From positions 6,822-70,821 of the forward strand of contig JACOVA010000103.1 of assembly GCA_016177575.1 (NCBI GenBank): 64,000 nucleotides of DNA. The letters are read 5' to 3'. Shown in pieces: positions 19,587-31,329 of the stretch. Each line of letters starts with the position of its first letter. The stretch's first letter is position 1. The stretch comes from Betaproteobacteria bacterium (GTDB taxonomy: Bacteria > Pseudomonadota > Gammaproteobacteria > Burkholderiales > SG8-39). The translations under genes and the position numbers were made by a program. The notes beneath the pieces were generated by a model. That model made no database searches, had not been told where the DNA came from, and saw only the letters and a list, made by a program, of their open reading frames with translations.

Positions 19587-20390
19587 ATGAAGGCCAAGGA
19601 CCTGCACAACATCCCCGACGTCCAGAGCGCGCCCGATTCGCGCAAGCTGGCGATCGACCAGGTCGGGGTCAAGGCGATCCGCCACCCGGTCCGGATCATG
19701 GAGCGCACCGGCGGGGTGCAGCACACCATCGCCAGCTTCAACATGTACGTCGGCCTGCCGCACCATTTCAAGGGCACGCACATGTCGCGCTTCGTCGAGA
19801 TCCTGAGCGCGCAGGAGCGCGAGCTCACGGTCGAGAGCTTCAAGAACATGCTGCGCCAGATGGTCGAGCGCCTGGAGGCCGAGGAAGGACGCATCGAGAT
19901 GAGCTTCCCGTACTTCATCGAGAAGCGGGCGCCGGTCTCGGGCGTGAAGAGCCTGATGGACTACGAGATCACCTTCGCCGGCGAGGCGCGCGAGGGCAAG
20001 CAGAGCTTCTCGATGAAGGTGCTGGTGCCGGTGACCAGCCTGTGCCCGTGCTCGAAGAAGATCTCCGAGCGCGGCGCGCACAACCAGCGCTCGCACGTCA
20101 CCGTCACCGCGCACACCAGCGACTTCGTGTGGATCGAGGAGATCGTCGACATCGTCGAGAAGCAGGCCTCGAGCGAGCTCTACGGCCTGCTCAAGCGGCC
20201 GGACGAGAAGCACGTCACCGAGCGCGCCTACGACAACCCGAAGTTCGTCGAGGACATGGTGCGCGACGTTGCCGCGATCCTCAACCTCGACGAGCGCATC
20301 ACCGGCTACGTGGTCGAGTCGGAGAATTTCGAATCGATCCACAACCACAGCGCCTACGCCCTGATCGAGAAAGACAAGCGGCTACGGTAA
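19587..20390 (+). CDS. folE2: GTP cyclohydrolase FolE2 (type IB)
   Basis: 267 aa. [25 protein letters not shown]...HMSRFVE...[19 protein letters not shown] are FolE2/MptA hallmarks. Confidence 0.9.
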   Translation: MKAKDLHNIPDVQSAPDSRKLAIDQVGVKAIRHPVRIMERTGGVQHTIASFNMYVGLPHHFKGTHMSRFVEILSAQERELTVESFKNMLRQMVERLEAEEGRIEMSFPYFIEKRAPVSGVKSLMDYEITFAGEAREGKQSFSMKVLVPVTSLCPCSKKISERGAHNQRSHVTVTAHTSDFVWIEEIVDIVEKQASSELYGLLKRPDEKHVTERAYDNPKFVEDMVRDVAAILNLDERITGYVVESENFESIHNHSAYALIEKDKRLR

Positions 20391-20470
20391 AAAGCGTTTT
20401 CGCTTTCCTTTCGGGAATTCTTCTTACGGAAGGCGTCCAAGCTCAGGACTGGGCGGCCCTGCGCGCGCGC

Positions 20471-21106
20471 ATGGTACTCGAGATCGAGGCCATGTACGCC
20501 GAGACGCGCGCCGAGACCGGCCTCGCTGCGATGTCGCCGCGCGTGCGCGCGGCAATGGCGAAGGTCGAGCGCCACCGGCTGATTCCGGCGGCGCAGCTCG
20601 GACTCGCCTACCGCAACCACCCGCTGCCGATCGGGCAGGGGCAGACGGTGTCGCAGCCCTACATCGTCGCCATATCGACCGACCTGATCGCGCCGCAGCC
20701 GCAGCACGCCGTGCTCGAAATCGGCACCGGCTCCGGCTACCAGGCGGCGGTGCTGGCGGAAATTGTCCAGCGCGTCTACTCGATGGAGATTATTGAATCT
20801 CTCGCTTTGACTGCAAAAAAGAATCTTGCCGAACTTCAGTACAGGAACATCGACATCAAGGTCGGCGACGGCTACCAGGGCTGGCCGGAGAAGGCGCCTT
20901 TCGACGGCATCATCGTCACCGCCGCCGCGCCGCGCGTGCCGCAGGCGCTCGTCGAGCAGCTGCGGCCCGGCGGCCGCATGGTGATCCCGGTCGGCGCCGC
21001 CGGCGGCAGCCAGGAGCTGCTGCTGATCACCAAGGGCGCGGACGGCAGGGTGCAGCAGAAGAGCGTGCTGGCGGTGCGCTTCGTGCCGCTCGTGCCCGGC
21101 AAATAG
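20471..21106 (+). CDS. pcm: protein-L-isoaspartate O-methyltransferase
   Basis: GQGQTVSQPYIVA, SAM motif VLEIGTGSGYQAAVLA, FDGIIVTAAA. The only canonical start in this frame after the folE2 stop is the ATG at 20471. Confidence 0.9.
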   Translation: MVLEIEAMYAETRAETGLAAMSPRVRAAMAKVERHRLIPAAQLGLAYRNHPLPIGQGQTVSQPYIVAISTDLIAPQPQHAVLEIGTGSGYQAAVLAEIVQRVYSMEIIESLALTAKKNLAELQYRNIDIKVGDGYQGWPEKAPFDGIIVTAAAPRVPQALVEQLRPGGRMVIPVGAAGGSQELLLITKGADGRVQQKSVLAVRFVPLVPGK

Positions 21107-21109
21107 AAA

Positions 21110-21757
21110 TCAGTAGCGGCGGATCAGCGTCATGCGGTCGCCTTCGCGCCGCATCTCGACGCGGTTGAGGAAGCTCATGCCGAGCAGGGCGACGCCGAGG
21201 CCCTTCTCGATCACCACGCCCTCGACGTTGTTCAGCTCGATGCCGCCGACGCGCACGGTATCGAAGCGGACCCGGTAGGCGGGCGTCGGGCCCGCCGCGG
21301 TCTGCGCGATGCCGACCGCTCCCCCGCGGTAGTCGAGCCCGAGGCGCGCGGCATCGCGCGCGGGCAGCGCGATCACGGTGGCGCCGGTGTCGACCAGGAA
21401 GCGCACCGCGCCGCCGTTGATCGCGCCGTCAACGGCGAAATGGCCGCCGGCGCCGGCGGCGAGCGTCGCGCTCTGCCGATCGGCGCCCACCGAACCGCTG
21501 CTCCAGGTCTGGCCGCGCAGCAGCACCCTGCGCTTGCCTTCGACCTCGATCGTGGCGCGGTCCTTCTCGACCGCGATCAGCGTCACGCCGCCGAAGCTCT
21601 GCCCGACCTTGACCGTCTTGGGCGCGCCGGCATCGATCGACAGGATGGCGGCTTTGGTGTCGAAGGTGCCGAGCAGGGAAACGTCGGCGGCCGCGGCCCC
21701 CGCGCCGGCGAGCGCGAGCAGGAAGAGGAGCGTAAGCGCAATAGAATGTCGGATCAT
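21110..21757 (-). CDS. retropepsin-like (clan AA, TIGR02281-type) aspartic protease, secreted/membrane anchored
   Basis: Signal/anchor [24 protein letters not shown]. Catalytic motif FLVDTGATVIALP. Confidence 0.8.
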   Translation of the reverse strand: MIRHSIALTLLFLLALAGAGAAAADVSLLGTFDTKAAILSIDAGAPKTVKVGQSFGGVTLIAVEKDRATIEVEGKRRVLLRGQTWSSGSVGADRQSATLAAGAGGHFAVDGAINGGAVRFLVDTGATVIALPARDAARLGLDYRGGAVGIAQTAAGPTPAYRVRFDTVRVGGIELNNVEGVVIEKGLGVALLGMSFLNRVEMRREGDRMTLIRRY

Positions 21758-22472
21758 GAAGCCCGTCGCGATCTTCAGGCATGCGCGCAGCGAGGGACCG
21801 GCCTATTTTGCCACTTACCTCGAGCGCCGGGCGATTCCGTGGCAGCTGATCGCCCTCGACGAGGGCCGCGCGGTGCCGCGCGACGTGCGCAAGTTCTCCG
21901 GCCTCGCGTTCATGGGCGGGCCGATGAGCGTCAACGACGACGAGCTGCCGTGGATCGGTCCCGCGCTCGAGCTGGTGCGCGAGGCGGTGCGCAAGGACCT
22001 CCCCATGATCGGCCATTGCCTCGGCGGGCAGCTGATGTCCAAGGCGCTGGGCGGAGAGGTGGGCCGCAGCCGCGTCAAGGAGATCGGCTGGGGCGGGGTC
22101 GAGGTCGCGGACAACGGCGTGGCGCGCGCCTGGTTCGGGTCGCTCGCGGCGTTCGAGTCCTTCCACTGGCACGGCGAGACCTTCAGCATCCCGCCGGGCG
22201 CGACGCGCGTGCTCGGCAACGCGCACTGCGAGAACCAGGCGTTCGCGCTCGGCAAGCATCTGGGCATGCAATGCCACGTCGAGATGACCGAGCAGCTGAT
22301 CCGGTCCTGGCTGAAGGGCGGCGCCGACGAGATCGAGAAGTCGAAGAGCTCGCCGGGAGTGCAGTCTGCGGCGAAGATCGAGAACAAGCTCAAGGACCGC
22401 GTCGCCGCGCTCCACAAGGTGGCGGACCGGATCTACGACCGCTGGACCGAGGGCCTCAGTCGCGGAAGTTGA
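21756..22472 (+). CDS. class I glutamine amidotransferase-like protein
   Basis: Starts [22 protein letters not shown]. Nucleophile elbow [10 protein letters not shown], later HWHGETF. The upstream part of the track ORF is antisense to the protease gene. Confidence 0.85.
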   Translation: MKPVAIFRHARSEGPAYFATYLERRAIPWQLIALDEGRAVPRDVRKFSGLAFMGGPMSVNDDELPWIGPALELVREAVRKDLPMIGHCLGGQLMSKALGGEVGRSRVKEIGWGGVEVADNGVARAWFGSLAAFESFHWHGETFSIPPGATRVLGNAHCENQAFALGKHLGMQCHVEMTEQLIRSWLKGGADEIEKSKSSPGVQSAAKIENKLKDRVAALHKVADRIYDRWTEGLSRGS

Positions 22473-22941
22473 TGAACTGGAGCGGGGTATCCGTGACCGA
22501 TTTGCGCACCAGCTGGATCGCCGCCTGCAGCTCGTCCTTCTTCGCGCCCGCGACGCGCACCGCGTCGCCCTGGATCGAAGCCGCGACCTTGAGCTTCGCG
22601 TCCTTGATCAGCTTCTGGATCTGCTTGCCCCTGTCCACCGCGATGCCGACCTTGACGGTGATCGGGCGCTTGACCTTGTCGCCCGAAATCTTCTCGACCG
22701 CTCCCGGCTCGAGGCAGCGCACGTCGACGTTGCGCTTCGCCAGCCGGCCGCGCAGCACGTCGGTCACCTGCCCGAGCTTGAACTCGTCGTCGGCGAACAC
22801 GGTGAGCACGAGCTCGCTCTGCTCGATGCGCGCGTCCGAGCCCTTGAAGTCGAAGCGGTTCGTGATCTCCCTGTTGGCCTGCTCGACCGCGTTCTTCACC
22901 TCCTGACGGTCGACCTGGGAAACGATGTCGAAGGAGGGCAT
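22456..22941 (-). CDS. yajQ: YajQ family cyclic-di-GMP/nucleotide-binding protein (UPF0234)
   Basis: [35 protein letters not shown]... 161 aa, canonical YajQ. Confidence 0.9.
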   Translation of the reverse strand: MPSFDIVSQVDRQEVKNAVEQANREITNRFDFKGSDARIEQSELVLTVFADDEFKLGQVTDVLRGRLAKRNVDVRCLEPGAVEKISGDKVKRPITVKVGIAVDRGKQIQKLIKDAKLKVAASIQGDAVRVAGAKKDELQAAIQLVRKSVTDTPLQFINFRD

Positions 22942-22946
22942 CTGCG

Positions 22947-25040
<2,094 letters not shown>

Positions 25041-25042
25041 CC

Positions 25043-25082
25043 TTGCCGGTGCAAGTCCGAGTGTGTAGGATCATGTGTAGGA
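25043..25082 (+). promoter_or_regulatory. candidate vapBC promoter with direct-repeat operator
   Basis: TTGCCG - 17 nt - TAGGAT. TGTGTAGGA occurs twice (25062-25070 and 25074-25082, 12-nt register) and overlaps the -10. TGTGT...ACACA inverted arms flank the SD. Confidence 0.4.
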
Positions 25083-25092
25083 GATCACACAC

Positions 25093-25293
25093 ATGGCGAC
25101 CAACCTGTCCCTGGACCCGAAGCTGATCGAGCGCGCCGTGGAGGTAAGCGGTGAGCGGACCAAGAAGGCCGCGGTCACCCGCGCCCTGGAAGAGTTCATC
25201 GCGCGCCGCAGGCAGAAGCGCCTGGCCGAGCTGATGGGCAAGCTCGAATGGGATAAGTCCTTCGACTACAAGGCCGAGCGCTCGCGCGGGTGA
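25093..25293 (+). CDS. vapB: type II antitoxin, VapB-like
   Basis: 66 aa. MATNLSLDPKLIERAVEVSGERTKKAAVTRALEEFI. SD aggag is 9 nt upstream. The stop overlaps the PIN gene start (GTGA). Confidence 0.8.
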   Translation: MATNLSLDPKLIERAVEVSGERTKKAAVTRALEEFIARRRQKRLAELMGKLEWDKSFDYKAERSRG

Positions 25294-25712
25294 GCCTGCT
25301 CGTCGATACGAGCGTCTGGTCGCTCGCGTTCCGCCGTGATGCGCCTCCGGCCGGGCCGGAAGTCCAGGCGCTGCGCCGTGCTCTGGAGGGCGGCGAGATC
25401 GTGGTGACTACGGGCCTCGTTCTGCAGGAACTGCTCCACGGATTCGCCGGCCCGCGCGCGCGAAAGGGCATCATCGAGCGGTTTGCGGCCCTGCCGCTGC
25501 TCGTTGCCGACCGGCAGGACCATATCGACGCCGCAGACCTGCGAAACCGCTGCCGGCGTGCAGGGACTCAGATCGGTACTATCGACGCGCTGATCGCGCA
25601 GCTGTGCCTCCGCCACGGGCTGACGCTGCTCACGACCGATAAAGACTTCGATCTGGTGGCGGTTCACTGCCCGCTCCGCGTCTGGCGACACGGCATGGGC
25701 GAAACATCCTGA
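25290..25712 (+). CDS. vapC: type II toxin, PIN-domain ribonuclease VapC
   Basis: 140 aa. LLVDTSVWS (first acidic residue), TIDALIAQLCL, LLTTDKDF are typical PIN motifs. Confidence 0.82.
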   Translation: MSLLVDTSVWSLAFRRDAPPAGPEVQALRRALEGGEIVVTTGLVLQELLHGFAGPRARKGIIERFAALPLLVADRQDHIDAADLRNRCRRAGTQIGTIDALIAQLCLRHGLTLLTTDKDFDLVAVHCPLRVWRHGMGETS

Positions 25713-25716
25713 GGCG

Positions 25717-26643
25717 CTAGCGTCCTTTCACCTTTCCCAGCAAGAGGAACTCCATCAGCGCCTTCTGGGTGTGCAGCCGGTTCTCGGCTTCCTCCCAGAT
25801 CACGCTCTGACTGCCGTCGATCACCTCTTTTGCGACTTCCTCGCCGCGGTGCGCGGGCAGGCAGTGCATGAAGAGCGCGTCCTTGCGCGCCGCTTTCATC
25901 ATCGCCGCGTCCACCTGCCAGTCCTCGAAGTCCCTCTGGCGCGTCTCGTTCTCGGACTCGAAGCCCATCGAGGTCCAGACGTCGGTGGTGACCAGGTGCG
26001 CGCCTTTCGCCGCCTGCATGGGATCGGCGAAGGATTCGCTGTTTTTTGTCTTCCTGTCAGGCTCTTTTTCATAACCCGGCGGAGTGGACACATTCAGCTT
26101 GAAATCGAAGATCTCCGCCGCCTGCAGCCAGGTGTTGCAGACGTTGTTCGAGTCGCCGATCCAGGCCACGGTTTTGCCCTTGATGGCACCGCGCTGCTCG
26201 ATGAAGGTGAACACGTCGGCGAGAATCTGGCACGGGTGGTACTCGTTGGTGAGGCCGTTGATCACCGGCACGCGCGAGTTGTGCGCGAACCGCTCGATGA
26301 TCGACTGCTCGAAGGTGCGGATCATGACCAGGTCGCACATGCGCGAGATCACCTGCGCCGCATCCTCCACCGGCTCGCCGCGGCCGAGCTGCGAGTCGCG
26401 CGTGAACAGGTAGATCGCGGCGCCGCCGAGCTGGTGCATGCCGGCCTCGAACGACAGGCGCGTGCGCGTCGAGGGTTTCTCGAAGATCATCGCCAGCGTG
26501 CGGTCCTCGAGCGGCCAGTAGCGCCGGTAGCGCTTGAAGCGGTCCTTGATCCAGCGCGTGCGCGCGAACAGGTGCTCGTACTCGGCGCGCGAGAAGTCCG
26601 TGAACTGCAGAAAATGCCGCACCGGGCGCCTGGCAGCCTGCAC
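25717..26643 (-). CDS. argF: ornithine carbamoyltransferase
   Basis: FEKPSTRTRLSFE, carbamoyl-phosphate site, HPCQILAD, HCLPAHRGEEV. 308 aa. Confidence 0.93.
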   Translation of the reverse strand: MQAARRPVRHFLQFTDFSRAEYEHLFARTRWIKDRFKRYRRYWPLEDRTLAMIFEKPSTRTRLSFEAGMHQLGGAAIYLFTRDSQLGRGEPVEDAAQVISRMCDLVMIRTFEQSIIERFAHNSRVPVINGLTNEYHPCQILADVFTFIEQRGAIKGKTVAWIGDSNNVCNTWLQAAEIFDFKLNVSTPPGYEKEPDRKTKNSESFADPMQAAKGAHLVTTDVWTSMGFESENETRQRDFEDWQVDAAMMKAARKDALFMHCLPAHRGEEVAKEVIDGSQSVIWEEAENRLHTQKALMEFLLLGKVKGR

Positions 26644-26650
26644 GACAGCC

Positions 26651-27862
26651 TCAGCGCGCCGCGGCGGCCCTGGGTTGCGCGGCTCCCTGCGCGAGAAAAG
26701 CCTTCACCACCGGTACCAGGCGCTCCACCAGCTCGCGGCCCTCGGCCTCGCCGATGACGAGCGCCGGAAGGATCCGGATCACGTTGTCGGCGGTGACGTT
26801 GAGCACCAGCCCGGCCTCGAGCGCGCGCCCAACCAGCTCGCCGCAAGGCCGGTCGAGCTCGATGCCGATCATCAATCCCATGCCGCGTATCTCGGTCACG
26901 CCGGCGACGCCCTGCAGCGCCGCCGCCAGGCCGCCGCGGATCGCGTCGCCCACGCTGACCGCGTTGGCGAGCAGGTTCTCCTCCTTTATCGTGTCGAGCG
27001 TCGTCACGACCGCGGTCATGGCGAGCGGGTTGCCGCCGAAGGTCGAGCCGTGGTTGCCGGGCTTGAACACGCCCCTCCCCCGCCCGCCGACCACGCAGGC
27101 GCCGACCGGGACGCCCGAGCCGAGGCCCTTGGCGAGCGGCACCACGTCGGGCAGGAAACCGGCGTGCTGGTAGACGAACCATTTGCCGCTGCGCCCGAGG
27201 CCGCACTGCACCTCGTCGGACATGAACAGCCACTGGTTGGCGTCGCAGATCTCCTTCAGGCCGCGCAGGTATTCCAGGCGCGAGACGTTGATGCCGCCTT
27301 CGCCCTGGATCGGCTCGATGAACACCGCGACCACGTTCTTGTTGTGCGTGGCGACCTGGCGCACCGCCTCGAGGTCGTTCAGCGGCACGCGCACGAATCC
27401 CTGCACCAGCGGCTCGAAGCCGGCCTGCACCTTGCGGCTGCCGGTGGCCGACAGCGTCGCGAGCGAGCGCCCGTGGAAGGCCTTCTCCATGACGATGATC
27501 GCCGGCTCGTGCACGCCACGGTCGTGGCCGTACTTGCGCGCGACCTTGATCGCCGCCTCGTTCGCTTCCAGCCCCGAGTTGCAGAAGAACACCTCGTCCA
27601 GGCCGGTGATCCCGGCGACGCGATCGGCGGCCGCCTCCTGCAGCGGGACCTGGAACAGGTTGGAGGTATGAATGATTCTCCCGATCTGCTCCGAGAGCGC
27701 GCGCACCAGGCGCGGATGGTTGTGGCCGAGCGTGTTCACCGCGATGCCCGCGAGCGCATCGAGGTACTTCCTGCCGGCCTCGTCCCACAGCCAGATCCCC
27801 TGGCCGCGCACGAACGCGACCGGCTGGCGGGCGTAGGTGTTCATCACGTGGCTCATGCGCAC
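26651..27862 (-). CDS. argD: acetylornithine (succinylornithine-type) aminotransferase
   Basis: 403 aa, class III PLP aminotransferase. FFCNSGLEANEAAIK, DEVQCGLGRSGK, FKPGNHGSTFGGNPLA. Upstream of argF in the same orientation. Confidence 0.92.
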   Translation of the reverse strand: MRMSHVMNTYARQPVAFVRGQGIWLWDEAGRKYLDALAGIAVNTLGHNHPRLVRALSEQIGRIIHTSNLFQVPLQEAAADRVAGITGLDEVFFCNSGLEANEAAIKVARKYGHDRGVHEPAIIVMEKAFHGRSLATLSATGSRKVQAGFEPLVQGFVRVPLNDLEAVRQVATHNKNVVAVFIEPIQGEGGINVSRLEYLRGLKEICDANQWLFMSDEVQCGLGRSGKWFVYQHAGFLPDVVPLAKGLGSGVPVGACVVGGRGRGVFKPGNHGSTFGGNPLAMTAVVTTLDTIKEENLLANAVSVGDAIRGGLAAALQGVAGVTEIRGMGLMIGIELDRPCGELVGRALEAGLVLNVTADNVIRILPALVIGEAEGRELVERLVPVVKAFLAQGAAQPRAAAAR

Positions 27863-27972
27863 ACCCCCAAATGCAAAACGGCGGTCGCCGAACCGCCGTT
27901 TGAGGAATGCTATCAGGGCTTTGGCGTCTTGTGTAGAGTTGTCGGCTGGTTCACCGACCGGAGGGGGCGGGG

Positions 27973-30900
27973 TTGAACTGCGCCAAGTGCGGTCACGGTA
28001 ATGCCGCTGACGCCAGGTTCTGCGGGCAGTGCGGCACGCGGCTGGTGGCGGCGTGCCCGTCGTGCGGAGCCGCCAATCCGCCCGGCAACCGGTTTTGCGG
28101 CGCCTGCGGCGCGCCGCTCGGGACGTCTGCGCCGCAGCACGAAACCCCTAGCCCGACGCCGCCGCGTCATCTCGCGGAACGAATCCTGCAATCGCGCCAT
28201 GCGCTGGAAGGCGAGCGCAAGCAGGTCACCGTGCTCTTCGCCGACATGAAGGGCTCGATGGAGCTGCTCGCCGACCGCGACCCGGAAGAGGCGCGGAAGC
28301 TGCTCGACCCGGTGCTCGAGCGCATGATGGCCGCAGTGCACCACTACGAGGGAACGGTCAACCAGGTGATGGGCGACGGGATCATGGCGCTGTTCGGTGC
28401 GCCGCTCGCCCACGAGGACCACGCCGTGCGTGCCTGCTTTGCGGCGTTGCGCATGCAGGAGGCGGTCCGGCGCTACACGGAGGACGTCCGCGCGAAACAC
28501 GGCGTCGAAATTCAGATCCGGGTGGGTCTGAACTCAGGCGAAGTGGTGGTGCGCTCGATCGGCAGCGACCTGCGCATGGACTACACGGCGGTGGGCCAGA
28601 CCACGCACCTTGCGGCGCGCATGGAGCAGCTCGCGACCCCGGGAACGATCCGGGTCACCTCGGGCACGCTAGCGCTCGCCGAGGGCTACATCGCGGTGCG
28701 GTCGATCGGCCCGGTCCCGGTGAAAGGTCTGGCGCAGCCGGTCGAGGTCTACGAGCTCACCGGCGCGGGCACGGCGAGAACGCGCTTGCAAGTGGCGCGT
28801 GCGCGCGGACTCACCCGCTTCGTCGGTCGCGACATGGAAATGGACCAGCTGCGCCGCGCCAGCGAAAACGCGCGCGCCGGGCGTGGGCAGGTGATCGCCG
28901 TGGTGGGCGAGCCGGGCGTCGGCAAATCGCGGCTGTACTACGAGTTCCTGCAGTCGCACCACGCGCGCGAGTTCCTGGTGCTCGAGTCCGGGTCGGTGTC
29001 CTACGGCAAGGCGACGCCGTTCCTGCCGCTCGCGGACCTGCTGCGCAGCTATTTCAGGATCGACGCGCACGACGACGTGCGCGGCATCCGCGTCAAGGTC
29101 ACCGGCGGGCTTCTGACGCTCGACGAATCGCTCAAGGACGCGGTGCCCGTGGCGCTGTGGCTGCTCGATGCGCTGCCCGAGGAGAGCCCATTCCTTGCCC
29201 TCGAGCCCGCGGAGCGCCGCCGGCAGACATTCGCAGCGGTAAAGCGCATCCTGCTGCGCGAGAACGAAGCCCGCCCCCTGATTCTCGTATTCGAGGACCT
29301 ACACTGGATCGACGGTGAAACGCAGGCATTTCTCGACGGGCTGATCGACAGTGTGCCGGCCGCTCGCGTGCTGCTCGCGGTCAACTATCGTCCGGAGTAT
29401 CGCCACGGCTGGGGCAACCGGACCTACTACCACCAGCTGCGCGTCGACCCGCTCCCGCCCGAGAGCGCCGAAGACCTGCTCGCCGGGCTGCTCGGCGCCG
29501 ACCCGAGCGTGGCCGCCCTCAAGCCGCTGCTGATCGCGCGCACCGAAGGCCGGCCGCTGTTTCTCGAGGAGAGCGTGCGCATGCTGGTGGAAACCGGCGC
29601 GCTCGCCGGCGAGCGCGGCGCCTACCGCCTGGTGCGCGCGCCCGAGGCGCTGCAGGTGCCGGCGACGGTGCAGGCGATCCTCGCGTCGCGCATCGACCGG
29701 CTCGAGCCGGAGGACAAGCGCCTGCTGCAGGCCGCAGCGGTCGTCGGCACGCACGTGCCCTTCGCGGTGCTGCAGGCGATCGTGGAGGCCGGCGAGGACG
29801 AATTGCGCCGCAGCCTCGCGCGGCTGCAGACCGCGGAATTCATGTACGAGGCGCGGCTCTTCCCCGAGCTCGAGTATGCCTTCAAGCACGCGCTCACCCA
29901 CGAGGTCGCCTACGGCAGCGTGCTGCAGGAGCGGCGCCAGCAGCTGCACCGCGCGGCGGTCGAGGCGATCGAGCGTATCTACGCCGACCGTATCGCCGAG
30001 CAGATCGAGCGCCTCGCGCACCACGCCGTAAACGCCGGCGTGCAGCCGAAGGCGGCGCGCTACCTCAGGGAAGCCGGCGCGAAGGCGGTCGGCCGCTCGG
30101 CGAGCCGCGACGCAAGGGGGTACTTCGAGCAGGCGCTCGCGCTGCTGCGCGAGATGCCGCCTTCGCCGGAAGCGCTGCGCGAGGAGCTGGAAACGCTCAT
30201 CGCGTACGGACCCGCGCTGATGGAGCTGAAGAGCCCGGCGTCGCCGGAGGTCGAGACCCTGTACCGTCGCGCGCTCGAGCTGGTGGAGCAGCTCGGCGTC
30301 GAATCGCGCCGCTTCACGGCGCTGTGGGGCCTCTGGTACATGCACTTCAACCGCGGGCACCACGAGGTGGCGCGCGATGCGGGCGAGAAGCTGCTCGACC
30401 TCGCGCGCCGCGGCGACGACTCGGGGCTGCTGCTCGAGGCGCACCATGCCCTCTGGCCTACGCTGTCGGGCATGGGCCAGCCGCTGCGTGCGATCCTGCA
30501 CGCCGAGCAGGGCGTTGCCCTTTACGACCGCGAGCGACATGCCGGCTACACCCACCTCTATGCCGGCCACGATCCTGGCGCTTGCTGCCGCTACCACCTC
30601 TCCCTGCTGCGCTGGCTCGCCGGCTACCCGGAGCGCGCGCTTCGCGAGCTGAAAGAGGCCTTCCGGCTGGCAGAGGAGCTGAAGCATCCCTTGACCACGG
30701 TGATCACGCTGTGGTTCGCGGCCTGGCTCCACCACCAGCGCGGCGAGCGCGAGCTTTCCCTCGCGAGCTGCGAAAAGCTGCTGGAGCTGGCGAAGGCGCA
30801 CGGCTTCGCTAGATGGTCGGCGGATACCAACACGGTGCACCTCGCGACGCGCACCGAGCGTCTTGACAGCGGGATGCTGGCCGAGTGCCGCAAGCAACTG

Positions 30901-31329
30901 GAGGCGGTGCCGTCGGCGACGTGGCGCAAGGTCGCCTGCCATTGCACGATCGCCGGGCTTTGCGCGCAGCAGGGCCTGGCCGCCGAGGGGCTGCAGGTCC
31001 TGCATTCGATTCCCGAGGAGAACCGCCGCATGTTTGTCGCCCCTGAATTTCGCCGCATCGAAGGGGAGCTGCTTCTGAAGCAGGACAATCCGGCGCGGAG
31101 CGATGCGGAGCGTTGCTTCAACGACGCGATCGAGCTCGCCCACAGCCGAAGCGAGAAATCGCTCGAGCTGCGCGCAGCGACCAGCCTCGCGCGGCTGCTC
31201 GCTTCGCAGGGCCGGCGCGACGAGGCGCGCGGCGCCCTCGAGCCGGTCTATGGCTGGTTCACCGAGGGGTTCGGCACCGCAGATTTGAAGTCAGCGCGCG
31301 CGCTGCTTGACGAGCTCGGCGCGGTTTAG
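27973..31329 (+). CDS. multidomain signalling protein: double zinc ribbon + class III nucleotidyl cyclase + AAA (STAND) ATPase + TPR-like C-terminal region
   Basis: 1118 aa. N-terminal CxxC pairs (CAKCGHGN..CGQCG..CPSCG..CGACG). Cyclase core KQVTVLFADMKGS...QVMGDGIMALFG...YTAVGQTTHLAARME. Walker A VVGEPGVGKSRL and Walker B LILVFEDLHWIDGET. Long helical repeat tail. Confidence 0.85.
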   Translation: MNCAKCGHGNAADARFCGQCGTRLVAACPSCGAANPPGNRFCGACGAPLGTSAPQHETPSPTPPRHLAERILQSRHALEGERKQVTVLFADMKGSMELLADRDPEEARKLLDPVLERMMAAVHHYEGTVNQVMGDGIMALFGAPLAHEDHAVRACFAALRMQEAVRRYTEDVRAKHGVEIQIRVGLNSGEVVVRSIGSDLRMDYTAVGQTTHLAARMEQLATPGTIRVTSGTLALAEGYIAVRSIGPVPVKGLAQPVEVYELTGAGTARTRLQVARARGLTRFVGRDMEMDQLRRASENARAGRGQVIAVVGEPGVGKSRLYYEFLQSHHAREFLVLESGSVSYGKATPFLPLADLLRSYFRIDAHDDVRGIRVKVTGGLLTLDESLKDAVPVALWLLDALPEESPFLALEPAERRRQTFAAVKRILLRENEARPLILVFEDLHWIDGETQAFLDGLIDSVPAARVLLAVNYRPEYRHGWGNRTYYHQLRVDPLPPESAEDLLAGLLGADPSVAALKPLLIARTEGRPLFLEESVRMLVETGALAGERGAYRLVRAPEALQVPATVQAILASRIDRLEPEDKRLLQAAAVVGTHVPFAVLQAIVEAGEDELRRSLARLQTAEFMYEARLFPELEYAFKHALTHEVAYGSVLQERRQQLHRAAVEAIERIYADRIAEQIERLAHHAVNAGVQPKAARYLREAGAKAVGRSASRDARGYFEQALALLREMPPSPEALREELETLIAYGPALMELKSPASPEVETLYRRALELVEQLGVESRRFTALWGLWYMHFNRGHHEVARDAGEKLLDLARRGDDSGLLLEAHHALWPTLSGMGQPLRAILHAEQGVALYDRERHAGYTHLYAGHDPGACCRYHLSLLRWLAGYPERALRELKEAFRLAEELKHPLTTVITLWFAAWLHHQRGERELSLASCEKLLELAKAHGFARWSADTNTVHLATRTERLDSGMLAECRKQLEAVPSATWRKVACHCTIAGLCAQQGLAAEGLQVLHSIPEENRRMFVAPEFRRIEGELLLKQDNPARSDAERCFNDAIELAHSRSEKSLELRAATSLARLLASQGRRDEARGALEPVYGWFTEGFGTADLKSARALLDELGAV

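Noticed and set aside
20393-20470. Signal-peptide-like sequence ([18 protein letters not shown]) in frame upstream of pcm, suggesting a secreted isoaspartyl methyltransferase
   Set aside because: No ATG, GTG or TTG codon exists in that frame between the folE2 stop and the ATG at 20471. The extension cannot be initiated canonically.
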